From Paecilomyces variotii (lineage: Eukaryota), in assembly GCA_004022145.1 (NCBI GenBank), contig RCNU01000001.1: a stretch of 64,000 nt of DNA; one strand, 5' to 3'. Made by a program: the position numbers and the translations under genes. Below the pieces are notes generated by a model that was given only the letters and a program-made list of their open reading frames with translations, had not been told where the DNA came from and searched no databases. Positions 26,505 to 40,532 of this stretch are shown piece after piece; position 1 is the stretch's first letter; every line of letters begins with the position of its first letter.

Positions 26505-27442
26505 ATGGGAAAGACAATCATTGTCACCGGTGCCTCTAGAGGTAAGTTTCATGAAGAAAAAACGTCCATATCGCTGGTAAAAAGCACAATGCTAAGCGAA
26601 ACAAATCAGGAATCGGTTGGGTCATCGCTCAGTACTTGCTCAAAGCACCCGGATCCAACAATGTGCTTGTTATCGCTCGTAGCCAAGAGCCCCTGCAGAA
26701 GCTTAAAGAGCAATATGGTAGCCAGGTCGAGTACATGACCGGCGACCTTGCTGATCTCTCCATCGCAAAGAAGGCCGTCGACAAGGCCCTAGCATCTTTT
26801 GGCAGATTGGATGGTTTGGTCCTCAATCACGGAATTCTTGGACAGGTGGGCAAGATTGCCGAAGCGGATCCTCAGCAGTGGAAGCATGGATTCGATGTCA
26901 ATTTTACGAGTCTTGTGGCATTTGTAAGTGGCCTTCCGCTCGAGGGAAGTCGGCACGCAGAGATATCTAACCAGGGTTCACCAGGTGCGAGCCGCTATCC
27001 CTTCGCTTCGCCAGTCGAAGGGAAGAATTGTATTCACGTCCTCAGGAGCTGCCATTTCAGCATACAAGGGATGGGGTCTATACGGTGCTACGAAAGCTGC
27101 TATGAACCATCTTGCTTTGACACTGGGTGCGGAAGAACCTGACATTACTACTGTATCTATTAGACCAGGAATGGTCGACACGGAGATGCAACGACAACTA
27201 CGCGAAGACCACGCAACCAATCTCGAGGCTGATGTACATGCCAAGTTCACCGGCGTGCACAAGGAGGGCAAGCTCCTCAAGCCCGAGCAACCAGGCCACG
27301 TTATGGCAAAACTCGTGCTTGATGCACCCGCTTCCCTCAGTGGACGATTCCTCACGTGAGTTCTAGAAACCAACACCTCGTCGCGAATCTTGCTAACTAT
27401 CCCAGATGGAACGACAAGGACTTGGCGGCTTTCCAAGAATAA
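26505..27442 (+). CDS. Short-chain dehydrogenase/reductase
   Basis: TGASRGIG across intron 1, LNHG, SSGAA, YGATK catalytic motif, IRPGMVDT; 3 introns. Confidence 0.92.
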
Positions 27443-28537
27443 TTGGGACACTCCACTAAATAGCTTGTTGATGTCAGTATGAGACATGTATATAAAATTC
27501 AGAATAGTATAGTGAATAGAATTAGACATCAGCCGAAAGATGAAAAGCGAATACATGTAATAAGCATTAGGTACCAGGGCACCTTCATGTTTAGCATGGA
27601 ATGTATGGTGTTCATCACTTGTCTGTGGAGGTGTAGAAGAAGGGAAACGTACTCTTATAGTAAACCTATCATAGATATCTAGTGACCTAGTGCTTTCTCC
27701 TAGTTAGTTCCTGCTGTAGGCAATTTTCTGGTGGCCTGACGAGTGTTGTTGACAGTATCAGGAAGAGAGTTATGGTCGGTCATCGATATGTCCGAATTTG
27801 ATAGTACATTTCTTCAAACATCATGCTGTCGATAGGAAGGTCTCCTAATTATGCATACCGTGAAATGTAAGTTATCTAAGACTCTGCCGGACACGAGCCA
27901 GAGTCCGCGTCTACATATGATTAGGATATCAATGTCTGCCCTATTATACTTCAGCAGTGTTAGCTGGTTATCTCGAACGACTGTGTGCGATCAAAAAAGA
28001 GATAAGGGGTTATTTTCTTTTTTTCAGATAGTCCGTTTGGCTTGGACAGGTAAGTCACCATAGAATGGTCTGATAGGGGCGACAACAAGGTTCATCATTG
28101 AATAAGAGCATGGGAGAAAAGATGGATATTTCTTACCTTGAAAAGAACTACAACTAACACGCAGCTAGTGCAGAGAACTCATTATGAAACTGATTCCATC
28201 ATCAAGGAATCCTTCTTCCGCTCGTGAGAAAAGCTGGAAAGAAATGGAGTTGTGCGTTGAAGAGAAGAGAAAAAGAAGATTTCCCAGGGTCGCGAGCAGA
28301 ATATAAAGAGAAAAAAAAAAGGCGGCTAGTTGATTTTAAAGAGTGGAGCGCCGGAAGATACATTCTGCCATTCCGACCGAGCGCGCGCCGCGCCTCTATT
28401 AAAGAAGCTGGGTCAGCCCCACGTGAAGGGAATCGCTACTAGAAGCTGCCGCAATAATTCACGTCACTATTGAGACCGTTTGAACAATTTAATTTATTTA
28501 TACACCCAGCTTCCCTTTGTACGGTCAATAGACAGCC

Positions 28538-29299
28538 ATGTCAGACAGAGAATTTAGCTGTAAGTCTTTCCCTCATGATTTTTTTTAAAATTATTTTTCT
28601 GCTATCCATGTGATAAATGCTAATCCATGACTCGTACAGCAAATGACGATCTCTCGCTCCCAAAAGGTACGCTACATCCTACCTTTCTCTTCCGCTGCGC
28701 GTGTCTATGAAGCATAGGTTCATGCATTAAGCGATTAGACCACCACATCCCTCTAATACTCCTTGCCCTCGATTTGCGTCTGTATATGACGCGCCAACGT
28801 GTACCCCTCATCGTCATGATTGATCTTAGGATGTAACTCACATATTTCTACAGCCACGGTGCAGAAGATAATTTCGGAGATCCTTCCGCCTTCCTCCGGG
28901 CAGACTTTTGCAAAAGACGCGCGTGATCTATTGATGGAATGCTGTGTCGAGTTCATCACTCTCATTTCCTCGGAAGCAAACGACATCAGTGAGAAGGAAG
29001 CGAAGAAGACGATCGCATGCGAACATGTTGAGAAGGCTCTACGTGATCTTGGATTCGGTGACTATGTGCCGGAAGTCCTCAACGTTGCCGAAGAGCATAA
29101 AGAACAGCTAAAGGTACGCGACTTACTACTCCTTGGCTATTCTACCTGAACCATCATTCGCTGATAAATTACGCCATAGACACGCGAGAAGAAAACGAGC
29201 AAGATGGAGCAGAGTGGCTTGTCAGAAGAGGAGCTTCTTCGACAGCAGCAGGAACTCTTCCGTTCAGCAACCGAGAAATACAACGCCGGTCCGGAGTAA
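28538..29299 (+). CDS. ncb2: Negative cofactor 2 beta subunit (Dr1/Ncb2, histone fold)
   Basis: MSDREFSSNDDLSLPKATVQKII..., CCVEFITLISSEANDISEKEAKKTIACEHV, GLSEEELLRQQQELF; two micro-exons at the start. Confidence 0.95.
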
Positions 29300-30100
29300 C
29301 GTTTCTACTCTTCTATCATGGATGCAACAATCACGGGCGTAGGTGGGCATAGCAAAAGGGGTTTTCAATGGACTTTCGCTGGTTCACGGCGTTTTGGGGC
29401 TTTGGGATACGCAAATAAGGTATTGAATTATGACTACATGAGGTCGCAGGTATTTCGGCTGGTCCCCCGGGCCTCGAAGCGTCAATTTTGATATGAAAAA
29501 TATGGATACAAGCATAGAGACAAACGGGTTCGCAAGTTATTATTGTTCGAGAGTCTATCCTTGGTTTGCTGCGACCGGGACGATATTGGTATTGTAGTGA
29601 ATCCAGCGCCGGGCACTGGAGCATAGCGATCAACTACAGTTTGAAGCGGTCCAATAGCTTTTCCGCTATCTTGTATAATGATAAATGTGACATGACGATC
29701 TTATTTTTGGATCTCTCTTTTCCGTTCCATTAATTCTAGCGGTTTGATAGTACCATATTCGGGATTTACATTACGCTACCAATAGGGTGTGATCCGTTTT
29801 CTTCGGCGCGGCAGTGTTCCCCATTATCATCAGCCCATACGCTTCAGCATGAGGAGGAAGTGTGTTGTCTTTGAGTAGAACGCATTTTTAGAAGCACAGT
29901 CGATATATCATAGAAATTTATCTATAGAACCGCGATGTACGCGGGGTTGAATCGAAGGGGCCGGCCTATCAGTGCCTGACTGGCCCTAGACTAAATTGGG
30001 CGGAGGAGTGGATCGGCGAGCCGATGCAAACCTCCAAAAGGCTGAGCTCGAACACGGCCGAGCTCCCATCGCGACAACTGCCCGCATCGCGTCGCCCAAG

Positions 30101-32305
30101 ATGCCGCCTTTCAAGGATGAGCATATACTGGTAAGTGCAACCGTATTTATATGGGATTTCACGTATCCAGATGATATCCGCGACAGCGCTAACGGTCTCT
30201 CCAGATAATTGCGCCAGGTTCGCAAACGACCCTGGCGCAGTTGGGTCTGCCTGAGTCGTTCACCCCTGCTCGCTTTCGCTTTCCTACGCGCATGTTTCCT
30301 GCTGAGAAAAAGGGACAATTTGAACCGTATAAAGTACGCGAAAAGCGGGTGGAGGCGAAGTCCGCCAATGGCGCTGTCCCCAAGGAGGATGTCGAAATGA
30401 AAGATGCCGAGCCTGCGCAACAGGATAACGCAGAGGGTACGACGAACACCGGAGACGGAAAGACAACAGAGGCAGCGGACGGTTCTAATGAGGCTGAAGG
30501 CACTGAAGGTGGACAAGGCACGGAAGAACCAAAGGAGGAAATCATCTACGAGGAGGACATCACATCAGACGAGGGTGCAGTGTATCCGCTGCAGAATGGT
30601 CGCATCGTCGACTGGCCTTGCTTTTTCTCTCTCTTAACCCACATCTACAACTCTCTCAGTCCTCCATTTCACACACCCATTATGTTTATATCCGAGCCCG
30701 CCTGGTCGGCCCGGGATCGCGAGATCATAACGCAGTTCGTCTTCGAAAAGTTCAAGACTCCTGCCTTCTGCATGATGGACTCTGCGCTGGCCGTGTGCTA
30801 CGCATACGGAACAGCAACAGCTACTGTGGTAGATGTCGGTCATGGAAAAGCGGATATCACTGCCGTCACTGATTTCTTGGTCAACGAACATGGCCGAGGG
30901 ATTGCGGTTGAAGGCTGTGGTGGAGAGGCCATGACAGATCGCCTCGTGGAGCTTCTAGGCCCGAAGGGCTTCACCAGGGAGATGTGTGAGCAGTTAAAGA
31001 GAAGCAATATTACAGAAATTCTACCCCCTGGGACACCATTACCGGGCACCGCGACCACCGCCATGCAAGGTGGCAATCCCGCTGCCGCGGCCTCCACTGG
31101 CGCTGGCGACGGCGGTGCACCGAATATTACTGTTCCTCGAGGACCTGGAAGTGGCACGCAGACAGGGGCCGAAGGCGGAGAGGGCGGAGAGGTTGAGGAT
31201 GACGAAGGTGTGCTGAATGTGGCTGCGATCGTCAGCGGCAACACGAGCGAGTACCTCGCAAAGAGAGAAAGAGAAAAGCAAGAAAAGGCCGCTGCGAAGA
31301 AAGCAGCTGCAGGAGAAGCCAATAAGCCACTTCGACTCCCCAACTCAAAGAAAGAGAAGGCATCGTTCCAGTTCCAAGAGTATGTGAGAATCGAGCCAGA
31401 GGAACCTACCGGTCCTACTCGTTACATTCGCCAAAAGCGTGATATTGAAGTTGGCGTTGAGCGTTTCCTGCTAGCAACTCCTCCTGAGAAGACATCTGAT
31501 CGTTTGAGCAACGGTATCCTCGAAGACATTGCCGCTCAAATTCATCATACCATCCTATCTGTACCGGATGCAACGAAACGCAGTGAGTTATGGGACTCGC
31601 TGATCGTGCTTGGAAACGGTAGCAAGATCAAAGGTGAGATATAAACGTTCAGAGCATATCGATGTGATCAGCACGCTAAACTACAGACAAGGTTTTACCC
31701 AAGCTCTAGTGGCCACGATAAATCAGAAGTACATACTTTCTCCGTCCGCCACCATATTCACATCCGAAATCCCCTCCAGTTTCTCTACTCCTCTTCCCAC
31801 TGGTGGCACAAACACTCCCGCTCAGGCTGGTCAGCCGGGTCCTCTTCATCATCCAGGAGGCCATGGTGTCAATCCCCTCCTTGTTGCTGCAACTCACGGC
31901 AACGCTCCCGGAAACCCCAACATGGGCAGTGCAACACCTGGAGCTGGAGATCCCAACGCTCCCCTCCACCATCGTTCCACAGGCCACTCCCAGACGCCGA
32001 CATCTGTCAGGACGCTCAAAGCCCCAGAATACTTCCCCGAATGGAAGGACCAAGGTGGGAACAGCAATGCGCCCGGCGCTACAGGTGCCGGAGGCAGCAA
32101 CACCGCAGGCCCCAGTGCCCCTGGTGGTCCAGGAGCACCAGGAACAACCTACACTGGCCATGGATTCGAAGAGGCAACCTTCCTCGGTGCCCAAGTGGCC
32201 GCTAAGGTCATCTTCGTGGTTGACCAGGGTCTCAGCAAGGGCTTTTTGAGCAGAGTCGAGTACAACGAAAACGGCCCCACAGCCATACACGAATGTGCGC
32301 TATAG
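30101..32305 (+). CDS. arp9: Actin-related protein of RSC/SWI-SNF (Arp9-like)
   Basis: MPPFKDEHIL|IIAPGSQTTLAQLGLPES, YPLQNGRIVDW, FEKFKTPAF, VVDVG, EVGVERF, FLGAQVAAK; 2 introns. Confidence 0.88.
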
Positions 32306-33263
32306 AGCCCAACCCGGCGCTATCTATAGGCTAATTATTAACCCAGCAATGCTGGGGAGTACGCGAGATATTTCTTCTCGGGTCCTGCCTGTGTTTCAAG
32401 TCTATTCCATGACGCACAACCTCAGTTGACGGTGCTTGTACTCGTTGATGCTTTTTTTGGACTGTTTTATCTTATTTCGTCTTTTGTACTCTAGGAAGAC
32501 TCAACACAAAAAAGAGGCTTGAGGGATTGGTGGAGTCGGGCGATTTTATTGCTCTCGTCGGGTATTTCCAATCAAGCTACATCGGACAGCTGAGTTCTTG
32601 ACGAATGAATTATTTTAACTTTTTATTAGTCTAGGCCTTTCTGTGTAGAAGTGCGTATCATTAACCTTAGTTGCTGAGTGGGCGATATCAAAGTAATTCC
32701 TCATTTCCAGTTTCTTAGTTATTCCCTCGCCCCTTAACCAGGTTCCATCTTTGTAGGATATCGTGTATCGTCAAGTAGTTGGTTGATTCATGGATATATT
32801 GTGCTTTACTAAGCAAAGTAATACTCTACCTAGATATTTTGACTATCCGGACAGAGTCGAAATATGTATTTGGTCAGGATGCTTTCTGCTAAGAAAGCAT
32901 CAAAGAAAGCCCACGCCTCGAGTCGAACAAGAGATCTTCTCATAGATCTCTGACGAGTGAGACACTCTAATAGTTTTAGTATAGTAAGCTTCCCGTTTGA
33001 TTTTGATCTATATAACAATGCCACGCGATATGTAGTTTGTATGAAGTCACGTGATCCGCCACATACGAGTCAGCATACAAATCACATGACAAATTCCGAT
33101 TATCTAACATCGCCGCATCTATTGCGGCTTCAGTCTCCGTCATAACGAGTATTCGCGAATAATCAAGGCCGCCTACACTTGCTACGGTTATCGCACGTAT
33201 CCTGCCTTGTATACTGGGAAAAGCTGATATTACGAGCTTGGTTTATCACTTCCGCCAGCCACA

Positions 33264-34450
33264 ATGCCGCGGGCAGAAGCTGGATCGACCAAAGCGATCA
33301 GCAACAAGATCAAATCGGTATGCGCAGCTGCCTCTTTCCCTGGATTCTGAGCGCTGGGGGGCTAACTCTTGTCTCTAGAAAGGTCTAACACGTTTACGAT
33401 GGTACTGCCAAGTCTGCGAAAGGGCTATGAGAGATGAGAATGGATTCAAATGGTGAGTCGGGTCCCGAGAGGAGACAGCCATCGATGCAGTGCTAATCCT
33501 TCCTCGATGCAACAGCCATGTGCAGAGCGAGAGTCATGTGCGACAGATGCTTCTGATCGGTGAAGATCCCAAGAAGTACATCGACGACTATAGTCAGCAA
33601 TTTGTGCGCGATTTCATCAATCTTCTGAAGACAACCCATGGCGAGAAGAAGATTCATATCAATCAGTTTTACCAGCAGGTTATTGCTGATAAGGTACGTT
33701 CGACAGGATCTCTATGCGGCAGTGGTATCAGTTTCTTTACTGACAGTATTCCAGAACCATATCCACATGAACGCCACGAAATGGTCCAGTCTGACACAAT
33801 TCGCCGCATACCTTGGACGAGAAGGCATTTGCCGCGTGGAGGAAACGGAGAAGGGTCTTTTTATTTCTTGGATTGACAACAGTCCGGAGACGCTCAAACG
33901 CAGAGAGGCTTTGCTTCGAAAAGAGCGACAAGACAAGGGCGACGAGGAAAGAGAGCAGAAACAGATCCTGGAGCAAGTGGCACGGGCGCAGCGTAAGCTG
34001 GACAGTAACCGTTCACCTTCGCCTGAGGCCAAGCTGTTGCAACGAAATGAGGGAGAGAAGGTGAAACTATCGCTTGGCTTTGGTCAGAAGGAGCCAGCAG
34101 GAAAGAAGTCTGAATCTCCTCGGGACGAGCTTCCTCCTGCGGAAGGAAGTGAGAAATCGACTACCCCTCCGCAGACGACCAGTCCTCAGGCTGCATCGAC
34201 AGAGGCTCAGGATGCTCCTAAACCTGCGGTGAAGTTGTCTATGTCGATGGGAGATAAGAAGCCAAAGAACGTCTTCGCTGCAGCCGCCAAGAAGAACCCC
34301 CTTTCGGGCAAGAAAGGACCTCTGATTGAACAGCCCAAGAAGATGACCGAGCAGGAACGGATCATGAAGGAAGAAATGGAAGCCATGGAAAGGAAACGGG
34401 CCCGTGGTCCACCTGGGTTTCCTCATGCCAAGCGCCAGAGAGTTACCTGA
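33264..34450 (+). CDS. kin17: Kin17/Rts2 zinc-finger protein
   Basis: KSKGLTRLRWYCQVCERAMRDENGFKCHVQSESH; HIHMNATKWSSLTQFAAYLGREG; 3 introns. Confidence 0.93.
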
Positions 34451-35340
34451 GCTGGTGCACATGGAAATGTCAGCCTAGGCCGGCTCGTGAGGGACATATG
34501 CCGTCCATAACGTACACGAGCTAACTGGGTATGTCGAGTAAAGAAACCTCCATGTCTAGCCACCGTCGGATAGCCTCACAAAGCCTCAGAATGAACCGTG
34601 GTCATCGATTGACCAGAGTTCTGTCCTGGTAGGAGACCAGTGGCCCTCGCGAAAGGGAAATGTTATTACTGGTCGAAACGGTTCCCTTGAGCTTTGTTAC
34701 TCGCCCAGGGCCTCGAGTTATGAGTCTGGGGAAACTGGGGCCCAGAGAGAATCGAACAACCGTCATTGGAACGGACAGGATAGAGACACTGGATTTATAG
34801 CAGAAGGATAGAAGTTGTTTTCAAACAGCCAAGCTGCGATATTCTTAGTGCAGGGTTGAACCAACCTTTTGGTTGTGTATCCAAGGCGATCAGGAGCTCC
34901 GCGCTTCTTTAGATAGGCTCACGAGAAGATAAAGAGATATTTTGGATCCCACCCTGAACCTGTGCATAATGAGTAGATGGTAAATAGACTCGAATTCGCC
35001 TTTCTGATATTAACATATATTGCCATGATTCGGATCGAAGCCACCATAAGAAGTACCCGTTCGCAGATAAGTACAGCGGGCCGGATCCACTGCTAAGAAA
35101 GCTTGTTTCGGGCGAGTCTGAGCGGCCCGGCCGTGTCTTACTTATTGGTTATTATGATCCCACGAAAGAAACGTCCTTCAATACTCAACTAGCGACGTCC
35201 TCTCAATTAAAAGGTTTTCTCCTCCTGAAATGGTCCTGCTGTGATCTCAACCGAGGAGACTTTCACTCCAGAAAAAGCCTTCTGCGATTTCCAGCTTTAC
35301 TGTTTAAATCGGCGAATTAGTGCAGCATCTAGGCATCAAC

Positions 35341-36962
35341 ATGACCGGTGACCAAGAGACTCGCCCGGCTTGGTCCCGGGCTCTTCTCAAGGTGACGGAT
35401 GAGCTGGGTCTTGCTTCTGTGTGGCAGTCATCGCGGGATGTGAAGCTGCTCTGTCTACAGCGCTTCGTCCGCCTCTTCGCCTACGGTGGATCGACCTTGA
35501 TTCTAGTATCGTACCTATCCGCTCTGAATATCTCGGAAGACCGCGTCGGTCTCTTTATGACTCTTACCCTAGCAGGAGATGTGGTCATCAGCTTCTTTCT
35601 CACCCTCTATGCGGATAAAATGGGAAGGAAGACTGTTTTGGCTCTTGGTTCGGCGTTGATGGCGTCCAGCGGTGTTATCTTCGCCTTGTTCTCGGATTAC
35701 TGGATTCTGCTGGCCGCTGCCGTTTTTGGCGTCATTAGTCCGAGGTCTGTTTCCCTTCATGCCTATTAATCGTCGTTGGGATTTTGATACTGACATGCCT
35801 TTTCAGCGGAAATGAAATTGGTCCGTTCCGCGCTGTGGAGGAGTCTACGCTCGCTCATTTGACACCGCATGAGATCCTCAGTGACATCTTCGCGTGGTAC
35901 TCTTTGATCGGAACCGCAGGAACCGCTTTAGGGATGATTACCAGTGGATGGATCATCAACTGGCTCCAGGCATCTAAAGAGTGGGATTTCATCTCGGCTG
36001 CTCGAGCCATTTTCTATATCTATGCCATCATCGGAGGCATCAAGTTCATCCTCTCGCTTGCATTGACTTCCAAAGTTGAGGCTGAGAAGAAGAACAAGAA
36101 GCCTCAGAGACCGCAAACCCAGCAGCAGACACCTAATGAGACCGAGCCATTACTGGGTGAAGCTGCCGACGAGGCACCCGCCCAGCCACAGAGAAAGATG
36201 CCGTTCCTGGCATCTCTCGATAAGCAACTTGCCTCTCTTTTCGTTCAGCTCGCTGTTCTATTTGCCTTGGATGCGTTTGCGTCCGGTCTGGCACCACTGT
36301 AAGTCTGCCCTGGCAGGGTGTGGGAGATTTAAATAGATTACATTATACTAACCTAAAGCCAGGTCATGGGTCACCTACTTCTTCAAGAAGAAGTTCGACA
36401 TTCCCGAAGGAAAGCTGGGTTCGATCTTCTTCACTACAAGCATCATTTCTGCGGCATCTATGTTGGTCGCTTCCTCCATCGCAAAGCGGATTGGCAATGT
36501 CAAGGTAGGCTCTCTTCTAATTTGTACGTACAACACGAACTGACCGCGATACAGACCATGGCTTTCACACATCTTCCATCCGCAGTGTGTCTGGCTATGA
36601 TCCCGATTCCATCCTCACTGCCGCTTGCCTTGATGTTTCTCATCCTGCGTTCGTGTACCCAAAGCATGGACGTCGCACCACGGTCCGCCTTCCTGGCCAG
36701 CGTTCTCCCGTCGGACAAGCGTACGGCCATTATGGGTGCGATCAACGTTGTCAAGACCTGCGCCCAAAGTCTTGGTCCGTTCCTTACCGGTATCCTCGCT
36801 AGCGTGAACCTCTTTTGGGTCTCTTTTGTCCTGGCGGGATCGTTGAAAGCCATCTATGATGTTGGCATCTTGATCAGCTTTGCGGAGCACGAGATGAAGC
36901 GGAGGAAGTCTCTGCAGCAACGGACGGAGACTGAACGCGATGGAGAGGGAGATGCAGCATAA
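35341..36962 (+). CDS. MFS transporter
   Basis: Motif A ADKMGRK, multiple TM segments, ISPSGNEIGPFRAVE, QSMDVAPRSAF; 3 introns. Confidence 0.9.
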
Positions 36963-38187
36963 ATGCCGTCACAGTCGACTTGTACAGTTTATGTATATAT
37001 AGCAGCGACCTGGCCCATTCCCATTCGACATTTACTCCAATTAGGGCCAGGGTACTATCCTACATCTGTATCAACTCGCACAATTGTATTGCATGTGGTA
37101 TTAGAATTAGACGGGGCATTTGACCTGTAATAATATAGGACAGTATAATTGCAGCGACCTGCTTCGACGATAGATCAGCATCTCAGCCCTGTACCTATTA
37201 ACTAAACCCCGCCAACGGACCTTGGGGAGAACCGTTCGATCCCCTCGTGAATTATGAGAACACTCTAGGCAGATCCATACTGAGGTCCCCGAGTCCCGTT
37301 CTGAATGTCACTCCTCGATTGTGACTGGTCGACTCGACACGAAAAAAAAACCGACTAGAATCTCCGCGGGTTACGCAGCGTTGAACTTAAACTATGGGAG
37401 ATTTATTTATAGTGACGGAATAGATAACAGAAGGGGAGAAAGGAAGAAAAAAGGGAATGCTGACGCGTGATGCATGTCTTTGTTTCCCTGTAGCAACTAG
37501 CAATTAACTACATATGTATGTACGATGTATACTACTGATTAGTGTTGCGGGAAATCACGGCAGATGCAGTCAGAACTAGTAGACCACGAATTGCCTACCT
37601 AGGTAGGTAGAGTTAATTGACTATCAAGCCATCTTTCCATCTTTTCAGCAGTCTTTTATTTCGTACTCCGTACAGTATCCGCATTCCCCAGGCTTGGAAT
37701 GGCCGTAACGAAACGACACCAGAAGCGTCGTCCGCTCCGAAAGTAGAAGACGATCTCCGTTTCTCCACCTTGCGCCATATGGTGCAAAGCTTCGCCTGTT
37801 GCTTGTCTTGAACAAGCCTTCGTTAGTTACATGGCCGTAGCGTGGTTGATCTCTCGATCCCGTCCGTGCCGCTATTGGTGTTCTCCGGAAAAAAAGGACT
37901 CGATTGAGGCATTTAACCTGCAGGCTCTGGATTATTGGATTTGGATGTGGCTTGACCCTTCTCGTTTTCCATTTCTTTCTTGACTTTTTTTTTGGTTTCC
38001 TTTCTGCCTGGAGCTTTGGTTGGCGTTAATCATTACTACCTACTTGCTAAATAATATTGCAGACTCCAGTTCCCTGAAGATGGAATTAATATAGGATCTC
38101 ACTGAGAGGAATAACTTTTCTCAATTTTTAATCCCCAAGGACGAAACAAAGTCGCAACCTCGTCCAGCAGTATTAACAACAGTGACA

Positions 38188-39637
38188 ATGAGTCCTTCGT
38201 CCAGTCTGAGACCCTACGGGGCTTCAAACGAATCTTCACCCAGCGCCTTCCACGCCATCCCTTTACATACAATCCGGGAGGAAGCGGCTTCAGACGCTGA
38301 TATCGACTCAGATGAGTCTGCTGAGTCTGCTGGATTCCTAACAGCGCCGAGAGATGTCTATCGCCAAAAACGCCCTCGCAGGGTATTTACCACGTATCGC
38401 TCCCTACCATTCTGGCAGTGTGGGCACGCATCATGCCATGCTCGACCGTCCTCTGGAAGAGCTCTACTCTGCAAGTTGCTACGACGGCCTTTTTTGCTTC
38501 TGATCCTGTTTCTGTAAGTTCACACTCTCTCTCTTTCGCGGATACCCGTTGCGTTTTTCTTTCTTTCTCCAATAATCAAATATCCTGACTGTCCCATATA
38601 GAGGAGTATTGAAATTCTGCTCCCTCGCATGGGACGCCCTAGTCTATCTCTTCCCCGACAATCTCGACAGTCAACTAGGCGCCTGGCACATCCCCGGGGG
38701 ACGCTACTCGATATTCTCACACTGGAGCACCCATGGCGTGATCCCTGTTGGATGCCATTCACACAACGACTACTGGCGAGAGATCCCGCTGCGATCCGCC
38801 GTAGACGCGGGCTGTATCGGTGTCGAAGCGGATATCTGGCTATCGGATAACGACCTGTTAGTCGGCCATACTCGATTCACCCTCCACCACGACCACACTC
38901 TTCGCAGTCTCTATCTCGATCCCCTGCTGGATATCCTCGACAAACACAACACGCCCTCTAGCCGTCTGCAGCCGCGGCGGGGAAATGGCTCCGACTTAGC
39001 TGGCGTCTTTGCCAACGATCCTTCTCAGACTTTGGTTCTGTTGCTCGATTTTAAAACTGACGGCGACGTCCTCTGGCAACATGTCGTTGATCAACTCGAT
39101 AGTCTCCGTCAGGCAGGGTACTTGACGCACTTTAATGGTACGGCTGTCGTGCAACGACCCATCACCGTCGTGGCAACGGGGTACGCACCATTCCATCTCA
39201 TCGTAGCAAATACCACCTATCGAGATATCTTCCTCGATGCGCCCCTGGATAAACTACGATTCAGGGACCCATCCCCTTTCGACCAGCCAGCAGAACAACA
39301 AGAAACCGACCGAGAAGAAGAAGAAGGAGAATACATTTCCGAAGACTACAGCCTCTCCAACAGCTACTACGCCTCCGTTGATTTCCGCAAAGCAATCGGT
39401 CCTCTCTTCCACAATCGCTTCTCGCAAGCCCAGCTCGAGCTCCTACGAGATCAAGTCCGCGCAGCTCACACGCGCGGTCTCAAGGTTCGGTATTGGGGCA
39501 CACCGACTTGGCCGCGCGGTCTACGGAATCATATCTGGCATATCCTGGTGCGCGAGGGTGTGGATTTGATTAATGTGGATGATCTTCGAGAGGCGACGAT
39601 GCAGGATTGGAGGAAGCATCGGAGTTGGTTTTCTTAG
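38188..39637 (+). CDS. Aim6-like PLC-like phosphodiesterase, membrane anchored
   Basis: CHSHNDYWR, GVEADIW, LLVGH, LLLDFK, GLKVRYWGTP, GVDLINVDDL; intron about 38514-38601. Confidence 0.82.
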
Positions 39638-40532
39638 TTGTAGCGAGTATATGTGTGCGGGTGGAGTTTCTTTCTTTCTTTTTTTTTGTTTTTTTATGTT
39701 TTTAAAGATGGATTATTATTGTAGAGTAATGAAGGTCACATGTGCGAAATCTGAACTGAACCTGTGTGTATAAATAAATAATGAATATGACTGTTTCACA
39801 GAATAATACCGTTTCTCAGAGAATCGTATCATTCCCAGCATGAATCGATCATCATCCTCCTACTCTAATCCCATGTATTCGTCCTAATTTATGGCTGCGG
39901 ATTCATTAACTCGATTGTAGACAATATTCCCACTAACTCCCTCATTTAGTTAACTATCTTGGTTAATTATCATCCTTGACTTTGTTTATCTATCTATCAA
40001 TCAATTTACTTCAGCTCGCTCTCTCGCCATGATCAGGAATCGCAATGTTACTGATTTCGAAACTTGGAAATATATCTTATTCTGTAGTTAACTATCATGT
40101 ACGCTGATATAAAAACAGATAGAACTAATTATAAACACGAAGCGCCGTATCGCCATCCAATCCTGAAAAAGAAAACACAAATCGATGTATCCGCTGAGTC
40201 AGTCAGTCATTCATTCTAGGCCTGAGAGCGAGGCCAGTAGGCTTTTTCTTTTCTTTTCTTTTCTTGTAGTCGTGATCATCTGCGGTTCTCTCCCGGATGT
40301 TCGTCTCTGAAACGATGTGTCCCATTATGGGACTCGAGGGAAGTGTCGCGGTGAAATATCTGAATATCTCCTGAGGATGAACTGTAGAGCAATATGCAAT
40401 ATCGTCCCACTGTCTCAACCTGATACCGACGTGAACAAATCCCAGAATCGAATCGAATCGAACCTCAGCAATATGCAGAGAGAGTCACACTCGCATATCC
40501 TCAAAATAACGAATATAAACCTTTCCCCCAGG

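Noticed and set aside
28538-34450. NC2-beta, Arp9 and Kin17 as a nuclear or chromatin gene cluster
   Set aside because: Ordinary conserved housekeeping neighbourhood; no evidence of functional clustering
37205-37255. GTTCGATCCC resembling a tRNA T-loop/B-box
   Set aside because: No cloverleaf or acceptor stem could be built
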